In this document: positions 25,536 to 34,442 of the stretch, piece after piece
Layout of the letters: every line of letters begins with the position of its first letter
How positions within the stretch are numbered: position 1 is the stretch's first letter
Source: Candidatus Omnitrophota bacterium
Lineage (GTDB): Bacteria > CAIJMQ01
Reading direction: 5' to 3'
Length of the DNA stretch: 64,000 nt
NCBI GenBank assembly: GCA_018812925.1
Contig: JAHJCU010000008.1
Coordinates: 70,744-134,743, forward strand
Made by a program: the position numbers and the translations under genes
The notes under the pieces: model-generated
Databases searched by the model: none
The model's input: the letters and a program-made list of their open reading frames with translations, nothing else
Told to the model about the DNA's origin: nothing

Positions 25536-26783
25536 ATGTCCGCAGAAATTATAAATGTAGGTGATGAGCTTTTAAACGGGGAAACAGTGAATACAAATGC
25601 GGCTTATTTAGCCGCGAAACTTCAGGAATTCGGCATAGAACTTCACTATCAGACTACTGTAGGCGATGATTCTTTGAGAATACAAAAAAATCTTAAAAGA
25701 GCGCTTTCCCGCTCGTCCATTATAATTATTACCGGCGGACTGGGCCCAACCAAAGACGATATTACCAAAAAAGTCGTAGCCGATGTTTTAGGAAAACAAC
25801 TGGTATCACACGAACCCACTCTTTCCAAAATACACAACAAACTTAAAGATTTGACATCCTCAATAAGCAAGACAAACGAAAAAATAGCACTATATCCCGA
25901 AGGAGCGCAAATTATCGATAATCCGATAGGAACCGCTCCCGGAATTATAATCTCCGAAAACGGAAAAAGAATAATTCTTCTGCCGGGTGTCCCTAAAGAG
26001 CTAAAAGCTATTACTGAGAGAAATGCAATTCTTTGTTTTTCCCAAAGCAGAGAAAAAAATTATGTGATTAAACATCAAATACTCAAAGTTTGGGGAACAC
26101 CAGAAGCAAAAGTCGGCGAAGTGCTTGAAGACATTATGGGAGAGAATAAAAATCCTCTTGTAGGTCTGCGCGTAGATGTAGAAGAAGGAGTTAAAGTCAG
26201 CATTACAGCAAAAGGGGGCTCTGTAGCAATCGCGCAAAAACTTATAGAAGATATGGAAAATATCGTTAAACAGAAACTTGGCGATGCCGTATATGCTACA
26301 GGAGAAACATCTATGGAGAAAGTCATAGGAATGCTGCTTTCCATAAACAAAAAAACTATTGCTATAGCCGAATCAATAACCGGCGGATTAATTTCAAAAA
26401 AAATTACGGATATTCCGGGAAGCTCAAATTATTTCTTGTCGGGCATGGTGACTTATTCCAATGAATCCAAAATAAAAGATTTAAAAATTCCTGAAGAATT
26501 AATCAAAGAAAATGGAGCAGTAAGCGAACAAGTCGCAAAAGCAATGGCATTAGCTGTAAAAAATATATCCTCCGCCAATATAGGGTTGTCTACTACAGGG
26601 ATTGCAGGACCATCAATCGGAACAACCAACAAATCTCTGGGACTTGTTTTTATCGGATTGGCAACCGACAACAAGGGATGTCAAGTAGAGAAATATCAGT
26701 TTTCAGGCACGCGTTCTATGATTAGGACCAAAACCGCTCAAACCGCTCTTGATATGGTGAGAAGACATTTAATAACGATATAA
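25536..26783 (+). CDS. cinA: competence/damage-inducible protein CinA (MoCF-like domain plus nicotinamide-nucleotide amidase domain)
   Basis: MSAEIINVGDELLNGETVNTNAAYLA start, IIITGGLGPTKDDITK, and a C-terminal PncC-like AESITGGL. Confidence 0.9.
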   Translation: MSAEIINVGDELLNGETVNTNAAYLAAKLQEFGIELHYQTTVGDDSLRIQKNLKRALSRSSIIIITGGLGPTKDDITKKVVADVLGKQLVSHEPTLSKIHNKLKDLTSSISKTNEKIALYPEGAQIIDNPIGTAPGIIISENGKRIILLPGVPKELKAITERNAILCFSQSREKNYVIKHQILKVWGTPEAKVGEVLEDIMGENKNPLVGLRVDVEEGVKVSITAKGGSVAIAQKLIEDMENIVKQKLGDAVYATGETSMEKVIGMLLSINKKTIAIAESITGGLISKKITDIPGSSNYFLSGMVTYSNESKIKDLKIPEELIKENGAVSEQVAKAMALAVKNISSANIGLSTTGIAGPSIGTTNKSLGLVFIGLATDNKGCQVEKYQFSGTRSMIRTKTAQTALDMVRRHLITI

Positions 26784-26790
26784 AACAAAT

Positions 26791-26862
26791 GTAAGTTGTA
26801 AGTCTTAAGTTATAAGTTACAAGTTTATACTTACTACTTACAACCTAAAACTTAGAACTAGT
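26791..26862. repeat. TAAGTT/AACTTA heptamer-periodic hairpin after cinA
   Basis: gtaagtt gtaagtc ttaagtt ataagtt acaagtt tatactt actactt acaacct aaaactt agaac. Confidence 0.8.
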
Positions 26863-26865
26863 TAA

Positions 26866-27432
26866 ATGCGTTGCTTTATTGCTATTCCTTTATCCGATAA
26901 TATTCATAAAGAACTTTTCAAAATACAAGCTCAATTAAAAGAAGTCGCAGCAGACGTTAGATGGGTGAAAATTGAAAATGTACATCTTACTTTAAAATTT
27001 TTGGGTGAAGTTGATGAATCGAAAATCAAAACAATTTCCGAAGAATTAAAAAAAATAGTCAGAGAACATACAAGTTTTGAATCCTGTATTGGAAAACTCG
27101 GAACATTCCCTACTCTATTAAATCCTAAAGTAATCTGGATGGGTATAAGAAAAAATGAAGATAAGATAAATAAATTACAACAGGCAATAGAAGAGATTAT
27201 GGAACCGTTAGGATTAAAGAAAGAAATACGCGCATTTTCCCCTCACCTTACACTGGGAAGAGTGCGAAGTAAAAAAAACATTCAAAAGTTAACGGAAAAG
27301 TTAAAAACATTATCATTACCACACTTAATACCCTTTACTGTATATGAAACAATATTTTTCCAGAGTATATTAAAACCCAGCGGAGCAGAATACACCGTTT
27401 TAGATAAATTTTCACTCAAGGTTGAATCTTAG
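26866..27432 (+). CDS. thpR: RNA 2',3'-cyclic phosphodiesterase (2H family, LigT/ThpR)
   Basis: Two HxTx motifs: HLTLKFLG and HLTLGRV. Confidence 0.85.
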   Translation: MRCFIAIPLSDNIHKELFKIQAQLKEVAADVRWVKIENVHLTLKFLGEVDESKIKTISEELKKIVREHTSFESCIGKLGTFPTLLNPKVIWMGIRKNEDKINKLQQAIEEIMEPLGLKKEIRAFSPHLTLGRVRSKKNIQKLTEKLKTLSLPHLIPFTVYETIFFQSILKPSGAEYTVLDKFSLKVES

Positions 27433-27488
27433 CTGGGAATATGATAATTTTGACAAGTCTTATAATATGATTACAGATGTTTTTTAAT

Positions 27489-27497
27489 TGCTATAAT
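27489..27497 (+). promoter_or_regulatory. extended -10 (TGcTATAAT) upstream of recA
   Basis: Read directly, about 20 nt upstream of the GTG start and its GGGAGG RBS. Confidence 0.45.
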
Positions 27498-27517
27498 CAT
27501 TCTAACGGGAGGATAAA

Positions 27518-28567
27518 GTGACGGAAAAATCAGAAAAGAATACGGAAAAGATTAACAAAGATAAAGCGCTTGAGTTGGCTTTAAGTCAAATAGAAAAACA
27601 ACACGGTAAGGGTTCTATTATGCGCCTCGGTGACGCAAGAGCATATATTCCGGTTGAGGTTATATCTACCGGAGCACTCACTCTTGATTTGGCATTAGGC
27701 GTTGGAGGTCTCCCTCGAGGTAGAGTGACCGAAATATACGGTCCCGAATCAAGCGGTAAGACAACGCTTTCTCTTCATGTAATAGCGAACGCGCAAAAAA
27801 TGGGAGGGAAGGCCGCATTTATTGATGTTGAACATGCCTTAGACCCCAAATATGCCAAAATTTTGGGGGTTGACCTGGACAATCTATTGGTTTCCCAGCC
27901 CGACACAGGCGAACAGGCGCTGGATATTACTGAAGTTTTAGTCAGGTCCAATACAATGGATGTAATTGTAATTGATTCGGTAGCAGCTTTAGTTCCAAGA
28001 GCAGAACTTGAAGGAGATATGGGCGATTCTCACATGGGACTTCAGGCACGGCTTATGTCACAGGCGTTAAGAAAACTTACATCTTCTATAAGTAAATCCA
28101 AAACTGTATGTATTTTCATTAATCAGATAAGAATGAAAATCGGCGTAATGTGGGGCAATCCCGAGACCACTACAGGCGGGAAAGCATTAAAATTCTATTC
28201 ATCGGTAAGATTAGATATACGAAGAACAGGTAAGATAACCGGAGAAAACGACACTATCACCGGAAGCACAAACAGAGTAAAAGTAGTAAAAAATAAAGTT
28301 GCTCCGCCTTTCAGACAAGCTATGTTGGATATTTTATATAATCAAGGCATATCATGGGAAAGCAGTGTAATAGAAGCCGCCGCAGAATATGGCATCGTAG
28401 AAAAAGCCGGTTCATGGTATTCATATAAAGGAGAAAAAATAGGGCAAGGAAAAGAAAACGCTACAAAATACTTAAAAGAACATGCGGATATCACCGAGGA
28501 AATAGTAACAAAAGTTAAAGAAAAGGCAGGGATACTCAAATCTCCAGCAAAAGAGAGGAATAAATAA
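27518..28567 (+). CDS. recA: recombinase RecA
   Basis: [17 protein letters not shown] Walker A plus highly conserved L1/L2 regions. GTG start after GGGAGG. Confidence 0.97.
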   Translation: MTEKSEKNTEKINKDKALELALSQIEKQHGKGSIMRLGDARAYIPVEVISTGALTLDLALGVGGLPRGRVTEIYGPESSGKTTLSLHVIANAQKMGGKAAFIDVEHALDPKYAKILGVDLDNLLVSQPDTGEQALDITEVLVRSNTMDVIVIDSVAALVPRAELEGDMGDSHMGLQARLMSQALRKLTSSISKSKTVCIFINQIRMKIGVMWGNPETTTGGKALKFYSSVRLDIRRTGKITGENDTITGSTNRVKVVKNKVAPPFRQAMLDILYNQGISWESSVIEAAAEYGIVEKAGSWYSYKGEKIGQGKENATKYLKEHADITEEIVTKVKEKAGILKSPAKERNK

Positions 28568-28568
28568 T

Positions 28569-29012
28569 ATGAAATTAATATTAACTAAAGATGTAGAAAA
28601 CCTGGGTCAAATCGGTGATATAGTAAACGTAAAGGAGGGATATGCTCGTAATTATCTTATCCCTAAAAAGTTAGTTTTTGAAGCAACACCAGCAAACGAA
28701 AAAATCATACAAAAGGAAAAAATAAAAGCGGATAAGAGAAGAAAAGAAAATAGAAAAGCAATAGACGAACTGTGTGAAAAATTAGAAAAACTTTCTTTAA
28801 CTGCGCCTGTTCAGGTGGGAGAAAAAGATAAATTATACGGTTCTGTAACCACACAGGATATTTCGGACCTTTTGAAAAAAGAAGGCTTTGATATAGACAA
28901 AAGGAAAATAGAAATTTCCAATCCGATAAAAGCATTAGGTATATACAGCGTAAAAATCAAACTTGACCTTGAAGTTACTGCCACTACAAAAGTTTGGGTG
29001 GTGAAAATGTAA
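28569..29012 (+). CDS. rplI: 50S ribosomal protein L9
   Basis: MKLILTKDVENLGQIGDIVNVKEGYARNYLIP is the canonical bL9 N-terminus. Confidence 0.93.
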   Translation: MKLILTKDVENLGQIGDIVNVKEGYARNYLIPKKLVFEATPANEKIIQKEKIKADKRRKENRKAIDELCEKLEKLSLTAPVQVGEKDKLYGSVTTQDISDLLKKEGFDIDKRKIEISNPIKALGIYSVKIKLDLEVTATTKVWVVKM

Positions 29013-29013
29013 A

Positions 29014-29085
29014 TCGGTTTGCGGTATTCGGTTATCGGTTATCGCGAAAACCGACAACCGTTTTTTTCTTTTCCGATAACCATTA
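29014..29085. repeat. CGGTTAT/CGAAAAC heptamer-periodic hairpin, copy 1
   Basis: cggtttg cggtatt cggttat cggttat cg cgaaaa ccgacaaccg ... ccgataacc. Confidence 0.8.
29029..29067 (+). terminator. intrinsic terminator of rplI
   Basis: CGGTTATCGG - 12-nt loop - CCGACAACCG (9/10 bp) followed by TTTTTTT. Confidence 0.7.
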
Positions 29086-29091
29086 ATTCAT

Positions 29092-29895
29092 ATGGATAGA
29101 GCCAAAGTTCTTGCAAATGCCAAGCGCATAGTCGTAAAAATCGGCAGCCGCGTTATAACCTCATCCAAAAACGAACTGGATTCATCCCTAATAAACGCTT
29201 TAGTTAAGGATATTGAAGCGCTATACAGAAAAAAACATCAGATTTTAATTGTAACTTCCGGCGCAATAGTGGCGGGGCTAAAAGATTTAAAACTCGGCTC
29301 AAGACCTACCGACCTGCCTTTAAAACAAGCCGCATCCGCAGTGGGACAAGTAAAACTAATGCACAGTTACGTTACCGCATTTAAAAAATATGATATCCCT
29401 GTTGCGCAAATTCTTTTGACACAGGAGGATTTGCACAACGGCAAGAGATATTTAAATGCAAAAAATACCTTGCGTCGTCTTTTAGACAAAGGTGTTATAC
29501 CTATCATTAACGAAAACGATACGGTTGCCGTGGAAGAAATAAAATTCGGGGACAACGACACACTTTCAGCTTTAGTTTCTCTTATGATGGATGTGGACTT
29601 ATTAACAATCCTTACAAATACAGACGGTTTATATACCGACATCCCTTGCGACAATAAGAGAGCTGAATTCGTGCCTTATGTAAAGAAGATTACACCTGCA
29701 ATAGAAAAAATGGCTAAAGCTAAAGGCGACGGCGCAGGCGGGATGGAAACAAAAATTAAAGCGGCTAAAATGCTAACTCAATCAGGAATACCCGTTGTTA
29801 TTGCTAACGGTAGAGAAAAACAGATATTAAATAAGATAATTTCAGGTAAAGAAATCGGCACATTCTTCGCTGCGATTGAAAAGAAGAAGAAATAA
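29092..29895 (+). CDS. proB: glutamate 5-kinase (no PUA domain)
   Basis: IVVKIGSRVITS, VTSGAI and INENDTVA motifs. 267 aa. Confidence 0.92.
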   Translation: MDRAKVLANAKRIVVKIGSRVITSSKNELDSSLINALVKDIEALYRKKHQILIVTSGAIVAGLKDLKLGSRPTDLPLKQAASAVGQVKLMHSYVTAFKKYDIPVAQILLTQEDLHNGKRYLNAKNTLRRLLDKGVIPIINENDTVAVEEIKFGDNDTLSALVSLMMDVDLLTILTNTDGLYTDIPCDNKRAEFVPYVKKITPAIEKMAKAKGDGAGGMETKIKAAKMLTQSGIPVVIANGREKQILNKIISGKEIGTFFAAIEKKKK

Positions 29896-29932
29896 ATATT
29901 GAAACATAAAGCTTAAGACGAGGTCATCCACA

Positions 29933-29954
29933 GAGATAATTTGGTTGTGATGTA
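29933..29954 (+). promoter_or_regulatory. conserved 22-nt motif GAGATAATTTGGTTGTGATGTA, 19 nt before the ankyrin gene ATG
   Basis: One of three near-identical copies (also 32166 and 32456). Contains a -10-like GATAAT. Confidence 0.6.
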
Positions 29955-29973
29955 AAAAAAGGGAGGAGAGAAG

Positions 29974-31050
29974 ATGAAAAAATTAGGTGTCTTGGCTGTA
30001 ATTATTGTTGCTATTATTGTTGTTCTGTTTTCTATAAAAAATTTTCGCAAGGATACAAAAGATGTTATTCCCAACGAGATAAATAAGCAGATAAATGAAG
30101 AATTATTAAACGCTTCAATTCGTGGGAATATAGAAACTGTTCAAACACTTCTCGATAAAGGAGCAGACGTAAATGCGAAAAATAATGGCGGCTATACTGC
30201 ATTATGGTGGGCTTCCTTTAACGGACACGCTGATATAGTGAAACTACTCATTGAAAATGGTGCAGATATCAATGTGAAAGCAAAAAAGGATGGTTGGACA
30301 GCATTAACTGTAGCTTCCTTTGATGGACATCTAGATATGGTAAAAGTGCTCGTCGAAAATGGGGCTGATATCAACGCGAAAGATAATGAACAAGCTACTG
30401 CACTAATACAAGCTTGCCGAAATGGAAAAATTAATATAGTTAAATTGCTGATTGAAAAGGGAGCGGATATTGATACAACAGACAATGAAGGTTATACCGC
30501 ATTAATGACAGCTTTCGAAAACGGATGGACCGACATAGCAAGCCTTCTTAAACAGGCAGGAGCAAACATGAAGATAGGCATAAAGGAAGAATTGTTGATA
30601 GCATTGAGAGAAGGAAATGTAGAAAACATCCTATCTCTTCTCGAAAAAGGAGCAGATGTGAATACAAGATATCATAGCGGCAGGACTGCATTAATGCAAA
30701 CATATCAAATTGAAGTAATTAAACTGCTTATTGATAAAGGGGTGGATGTCAACGCGAAAACAAATAACGGCAGTACTGCACTAATAGGAACTTCCATGAA
30801 TGGACAAAATGATATAGTAAAACTGCTTATTGAAAAAGGGGCAGACATTGATGCAATGAACAATAACGGCTATAGCGCGTTAATTATAGCTTCTTCAATG
30901 GGACATACCGATTTAGTTGAATTGCTTATTGATAAGGGCGCATATGTCAATGCAAAACCCAAGAATGGCTGGACTGCGTTAAAGTGGGCTTCCCAAGACG
31001 GACACGCAGATATAGTAGCACTACTTAAACAAGCAGGGGCAAAAGAATAA
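29974..31050 (+). CDS. membrane-anchored ankyrin-repeat protein (about 9-10 ANK repeats)
   Basis: N-terminal TM helix, then repeated G.TALM.A...GH.DIVKLLIEKGADVNAK units. Confidence 0.9.
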   Translation: MKKLGVLAVIIVAIIVVLFSIKNFRKDTKDVIPNEINKQINEELLNASIRGNIETVQTLLDKGADVNAKNNGGYTALWWASFNGHADIVKLLIENGADINVKAKKDGWTALTVASFDGHLDMVKVLVENGADINAKDNEQATALIQACRNGKINIVKLLIEKGADIDTTDNEGYTALMTAFENGWTDIASLLKQAGANMKIGIKEELLIALREGNVENILSLLEKGADVNTRYHSGRTALMQTYQIEVIKLLIDKGVDVNAKTNNGSTALIGTSMNGQNDIVKLLIEKGADIDAMNNNGYSALIIASSMGHTDLVELLIDKGAYVNAKPKNGWTALKWASQDGHADIVALLKQAGAKE

Positions 31051-31055
31051 AGAAA

Positions 31056-31139
31056 ATGAATACTAAATCTCAAATTCTGAAAATAGCTCAAGAGGCGAAT
31101 ACACTCCACCACTATAAAACATTGATACAGCATATATAA
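31056..31139 (+). pseudogene. duplicated 5' fragment of proA (first about 15 codons, then divergent, stop after 27 codons)
   Basis: ATGAATACTAAATCTCAAATTCTGAAAATAGCTCAAGAGGCGAA versus proA ATGAATATAAAAACTGAAATTCTGAAAATAGCTAAAGAGGCGAA (33085-33128). Confidence 0.65.
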
Positions 31140-31231
31140 GCTGGGCTATGCTATAATATAGAAGTTTATTAGGACATCCGAAGTGCATTCCGCTTAAATC
31201 AATTGACACAAAGTTCTCAGGAGGCTAAATC

Positions 31232-31999
31232 ATGGAAAAAATTCGCGTTGGACTATTTGGGTTCGGAAGAACCGGCAAAATCGTTGCCAATGAATATTTA
31301 CAAGACAGCATTTTCTCTTTAGAATGGGTCGTCCGCAAAACCCACCGAGACAAGCACAAATTCGCTTCAGACCTTCTTGGGTATGAATATGAAGCCGGAA
31401 AAATATTTTCCATTGCCGAAATAGATGATTCCTTTTTCAAAAATAATCCCGTAGATATAATTGTTGATTTTGCCAGTTCCAAAGCTGTAAACTATTATGA
31501 AAAAGCCGCATTTTTAGGCATTAAAATAATTTCGGCAATTTCTAACTATAAAAAGCAAGATCTAGACAAACTCTTGTCGTTAAAATCGCGGACAGCTGTA
31601 CTTTATTCACCCAATATAACCCTCGGTATCAATTTCCTCCTTATTGCATCTCAAGTCCTTCAGGAGATAGCTCCTCACGCAGATATAGAAATTGTAGAAG
31701 AACACTTTAGGGAAAAACAAGGTGCATCCGGCACTGCAAAAAAACTCGCTTCTATCCTAAATCTTAATGAAAAGACAAATGTTAATTCAATCCGTGTCGG
31801 TGGAATTGTCGGAAAACACGAGATAATTTTCGGTTTACAGAACCAAACCATAAGATTGGCGCATGATAGTATAAGCAGAGCAGCGTTTGGTCAAGGAGCC
31901 ATTTTTGCGTCAAAATGGCTTATAAAAAAACATAAAGGTTTATACTCAATGGAACAGGTAATTACAGAAATGTTCAAAAAACATCTGCCTGTTTACTAA
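31232..31999 (+). CDS. dihydrodipicolinate reductase (DapB) family protein, divergent
   Basis: N-terminal GLFGFGRTGK, IVDFASS, SPNITLGINF, EIVEEHFREKQGASGTA (DapB consensus is E.HH..K.DAPSGTA) and GLYSME. Confidence 0.7.
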   Translation: MEKIRVGLFGFGRTGKIVANEYLQDSIFSLEWVVRKTHRDKHKFASDLLGYEYEAGKIFSIAEIDDSFFKNNPVDIIVDFASSKAVNYYEKAAFLGIKIISAISNYKKQDLDKLLSLKSRTAVLYSPNITLGINFLLIASQVLQEIAPHADIEIVEEHFREKQGASGTAKKLASILNLNEKTNVNSIRVGGIVGKHEIIFGLQNQTIRLAHDSISRAAFGQGAIFASKWLIKKHKGLYSMEQVITEMFKKHLPVY

Positions 32000-32165
32000 A
32001 AACGCTCTTTATAATAAAAATCGTAATCTATCCACCTTCCTCAAATTCTCTGCAAAATAACATTTCAATAAGTATAAATACTCGTTGGAATCATCTTGGA
32101 ATCCGTGATATTATTAGTTTGAAATAGTGAGGGTAAACAGAAAAACTACGACGAAGTTATCCATT

Positions 32166-32187
32166 GAGATAATTTGGTTGTGTTGTA
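32166..32187 (+). promoter_or_regulatory. conserved 22-nt motif GAGATAATTTGGTTGTGTTGTA, 21 nt before the ATG at 32209
   Basis: Second copy of the motif. Confidence 0.6.
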
Positions 32188-32208
32188 GGATAAAGGAAGA
32201 GGTATTTT

Positions 32209-32442
32209 ATGCGATGGATAGATGATGTAAAAAATGCTCTTGTTGAATTGGGAGGAGAAGCACATCTCTCACAAATATATGAAATAGTAGAGAAAAATCG
32301 ATCTAAACGAGGTGATACAATGGGAAAACTCAAATCGTGGGTACGTAATACCCTACAACAAAATTCGAGAGAAAAAGGAAAGAACATTTTTAAGTCTGTC
32401 TATCCAGTTGAGATGAGAAAAGGGATATGGAGGTTATTGTAA
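32209..32442 (+). CDS. small (77 aa) putative winged-helix protein
   Basis: Pattern LSQIYEIVEK...WVRNTLQQNS...G.WRLL resembles stand-alone wHTH modules. This is a weak call made by eye. Confidence 0.45.
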   Translation: MRWIDDVKNALVELGGEAHLSQIYEIVEKNRSKRGDTMGKLKSWVRNTLQQNSREKGKNIFKSVYPVEMRKGIWRLL

Positions 32443-32455
32443 CGTTAGAACCATA

Positions 32456-32477
32456 GAGATAATTTGGTTGTTTTGTA
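32456..32477 (+). promoter_or_regulatory. conserved 22-nt motif GAGATAATTTGGTTGTTTTGTA, 20 nt before the ATG at 32498
   Basis: Third copy of the motif. Confidence 0.6.
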
Positions 32478-32497
32478 AAATATAAAGAGAAATCCTT

Positions 32498-33088
32498 ATG
32501 CAATCCGATTTCATTGATACATATTTTCAACGAGTCTCACGGTTACCTTTTACTGAGGATCAAATGAAAACTCAATTTGGGTTGAAAGAAGATGAGATCA
32601 AAACTTTTATCAGTCTTAGAGAAGGTATCAACAGTATTCTTAAATTAGTTGTAGACCAATGGAAACTGATTGACCCTAATGCACAAAAAATTGATCCCAA
32701 TGAAATTTCTCAGAAGTATATTGAGATTCGACTCGGCGGATTGAAAGATATGTCAGCGGAACTTGCTGATTTCATACAACAATCAGCTTTACAGTACTTC
32801 GGTCTTCTTGCAGATGCCAATAAGCCGGGATGGTTGCCAAAACAAATGATAAGAATATGTCCAGATTTGGAGAAAGATATTAGACTGTTCATAAAGCAGA
32901 TAGCAAAATTGGAAAGTTTTATGCGAACATTTCCAGTACTTATCCAAGCAATAAGACAGAGCAAGCCAAGCGAGAAACAATATTTAATCAACTATACACT
33001 CGATGAATTAAAATATGGCATCAAGAATGCTGACAAAAAACCTGCGTTCTGGCGCAAAATTGAACGACAATTCAAAATTACTAAATGA
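32498..33088 (+). CDS. hypothetical protein (196 aa, predicted all-alpha), stop overlaps the proA start (ATGA)
   Basis: Clean ORF with no motif I recognise. Translationally coupled to proA. Confidence 0.55.
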   Translation: MQSDFIDTYFQRVSRLPFTEDQMKTQFGLKEDEIKTFISLREGINSILKLVVDQWKLIDPNAQKIDPNEISQKYIEIRLGGLKDMSAELADFIQQSALQYFGLLADANKPGWLPKQMIRICPDLEKDIRLFIKQIAKLESFMRTFPVLIQAIRQSKPSEKQYLINYTLDELKYGIKNADKKPAFWRKIERQFKITK

Positions 33089-34341
33089 ATATAAAAACTG
33101 AAATTCTGAAAATAGCTAAAGAGGCGAAAAAAGCTTCGTATAAGCTGGCTATGGCTTCTACCAAAGATAAGAATAAAGCTTTGGAGAAAATGGCTGATGG
33201 ACTGTTAAAAGAAAAAGACGCCATTATCAAGGTTAACAAACAAGATGTAGCAAATGCCAAAAAGAAAGGACTTTCGTCCGCACTTATTGACCGGCTCACT
33301 CTTAATGAAGAAAGAATTGAGAAGATGGCATCCGATATAAGAGACATCGTTAAACTTGAAGACCCAGTTGGCGTTATTATAAAAACTTGGGAAAGACCAA
33401 ACGGCCTTAAGATAAGCAAAAAAAGAGTTCCGATTGGTGTAATTGGGATAATATATGAATCAAGACCGAATGTTACAAGTGATGCTGCAACGCTGTGCTT
33501 AAAAGCAGGCAATGCCGTAATTCTAAGAGGCGGTAGTGAATCTTTTAATTCTAATAAAAAGATAGCGGAAATACTGAGGTTATCATTGAAAGGAACAGCA
33601 ATACCCGAAGAAGCTATTCAGTTTATCCCGACAATAGACAGAAAAGCTGTAGATGAACTTCTTAAACTAAACGCTCATATAGACCTCATAATTCCAAGAG
33701 GCGGCGAAGAATTAATAAGAAAAGTTACGGAAAATTCCTACATTCCGGTAATCAAACATTATAAAGGTGTATGCCACGTATATGTTGACAGATTCGCCAA
33801 CTTAAAAATGGCAGAAGATATATGCTTTAATGCTAAAGTACAAAGACCGAGCGTATGCAACGCTATGGAAACAATGCTTGTTGATGAGAAAATTGCCAAA
33901 GAATTTTTGCCGTCGATGTTCAAGAAATTCAAGTCAGCAGGAGTTGAGATTAGAGGATGCGCTAAGACAAGAAAAATAGTTAAAGGCATAAAATCCGCAA
34001 ACGAATCCGACTGGTATGCAGAATATCTTGACCTTATTCTTGCTGTTAAAATAATTCCGGGGGTAGATGACGCGATTGAACACATCAATACTTACGGCAC
34101 GCATCTTTCGGATTCTATAGTAACAGAAGATTACTCGAAATCAATGAAATTCCTGAATGAAGTGGATTCTGCTTGCGTATATGTAAATGCTTCCACAAGA
34201 TTTACCGACGGCGGCGAGTTTGGTCTCGGCGCAGAGATTGGTATATCAACCGATAAAATCCATGCGCGCGGCCCGATGGGGCTTGAGGAACTTACGACTT
34301 ATAAGTATATCGTGTTTGGCGATGGACAAGTAAGGAAATAA
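33085..34341 (+). CDS. proA: gamma-glutamyl phosphate reductase
   Basis: 418 aa. Contains IYESRPNVT, the catalytic Cys context RPSVCNAMETMLV, and a C-terminal ASTRFTDGGEFG. Confidence 0.95.
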   Translation: MNIKTEILKIAKEAKKASYKLAMASTKDKNKALEKMADGLLKEKDAIIKVNKQDVANAKKKGLSSALIDRLTLNEERIEKMASDIRDIVKLEDPVGVIIKTWERPNGLKISKKRVPIGVIGIIYESRPNVTSDAATLCLKAGNAVILRGGSESFNSNKKIAEILRLSLKGTAIPEEAIQFIPTIDRKAVDELLKLNAHIDLIIPRGGEELIRKVTENSYIPVIKHYKGVCHVYVDRFANLKMAEDICFNAKVQRPSVCNAMETMLVDEKIAKEFLPSMFKKFKSAGVEIRGCAKTRKIVKGIKSANESDWYAEYLDLILAVKIIPGVDDAIEHINTYGTHLSDSIVTEDYSKSMKFLNEVDSACVYVNASTRFTDGGEFGLGAEIGISTDKIHARGPMGLEELTTYKYIVFGDGQVRK

Positions 34342-34428
34342 CCGATTCTAGATACTTGATGCTGGATACTAGTAGAAACATAATAAAAAAGTTTTAACTA
34401 GAATCAAGAATCTAGTATCCTTTTTTTT
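34342..34428. repeat. CTAGAT-word palindromic repeat, copy B
   Basis: aaccgattctagatacttgatgctggatactagtagaaaca... The same 5' end occurs in the copy at 37099. Confidence 0.8.
34364..34428 (+). terminator. probable intrinsic terminator of proA
   Basis: GGATACTAG ... CTAGTATCC followed by TTTTTTTT. The loop is long (39 nt), so alternative pairings exist. Confidence 0.55.
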
Positions 34429-34442
34429 AGGTAACCAAATCC

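Noticed and set aside
29925-32477. The conserved 22-nt motif as integron attC sites
   Set aside because: No integron integrase is present. The motif is not an imperfect palindrome with RYYYAAC/GTTRRRY cores. It sits at a fixed distance upstream of start codons, as a promoter or leader would.
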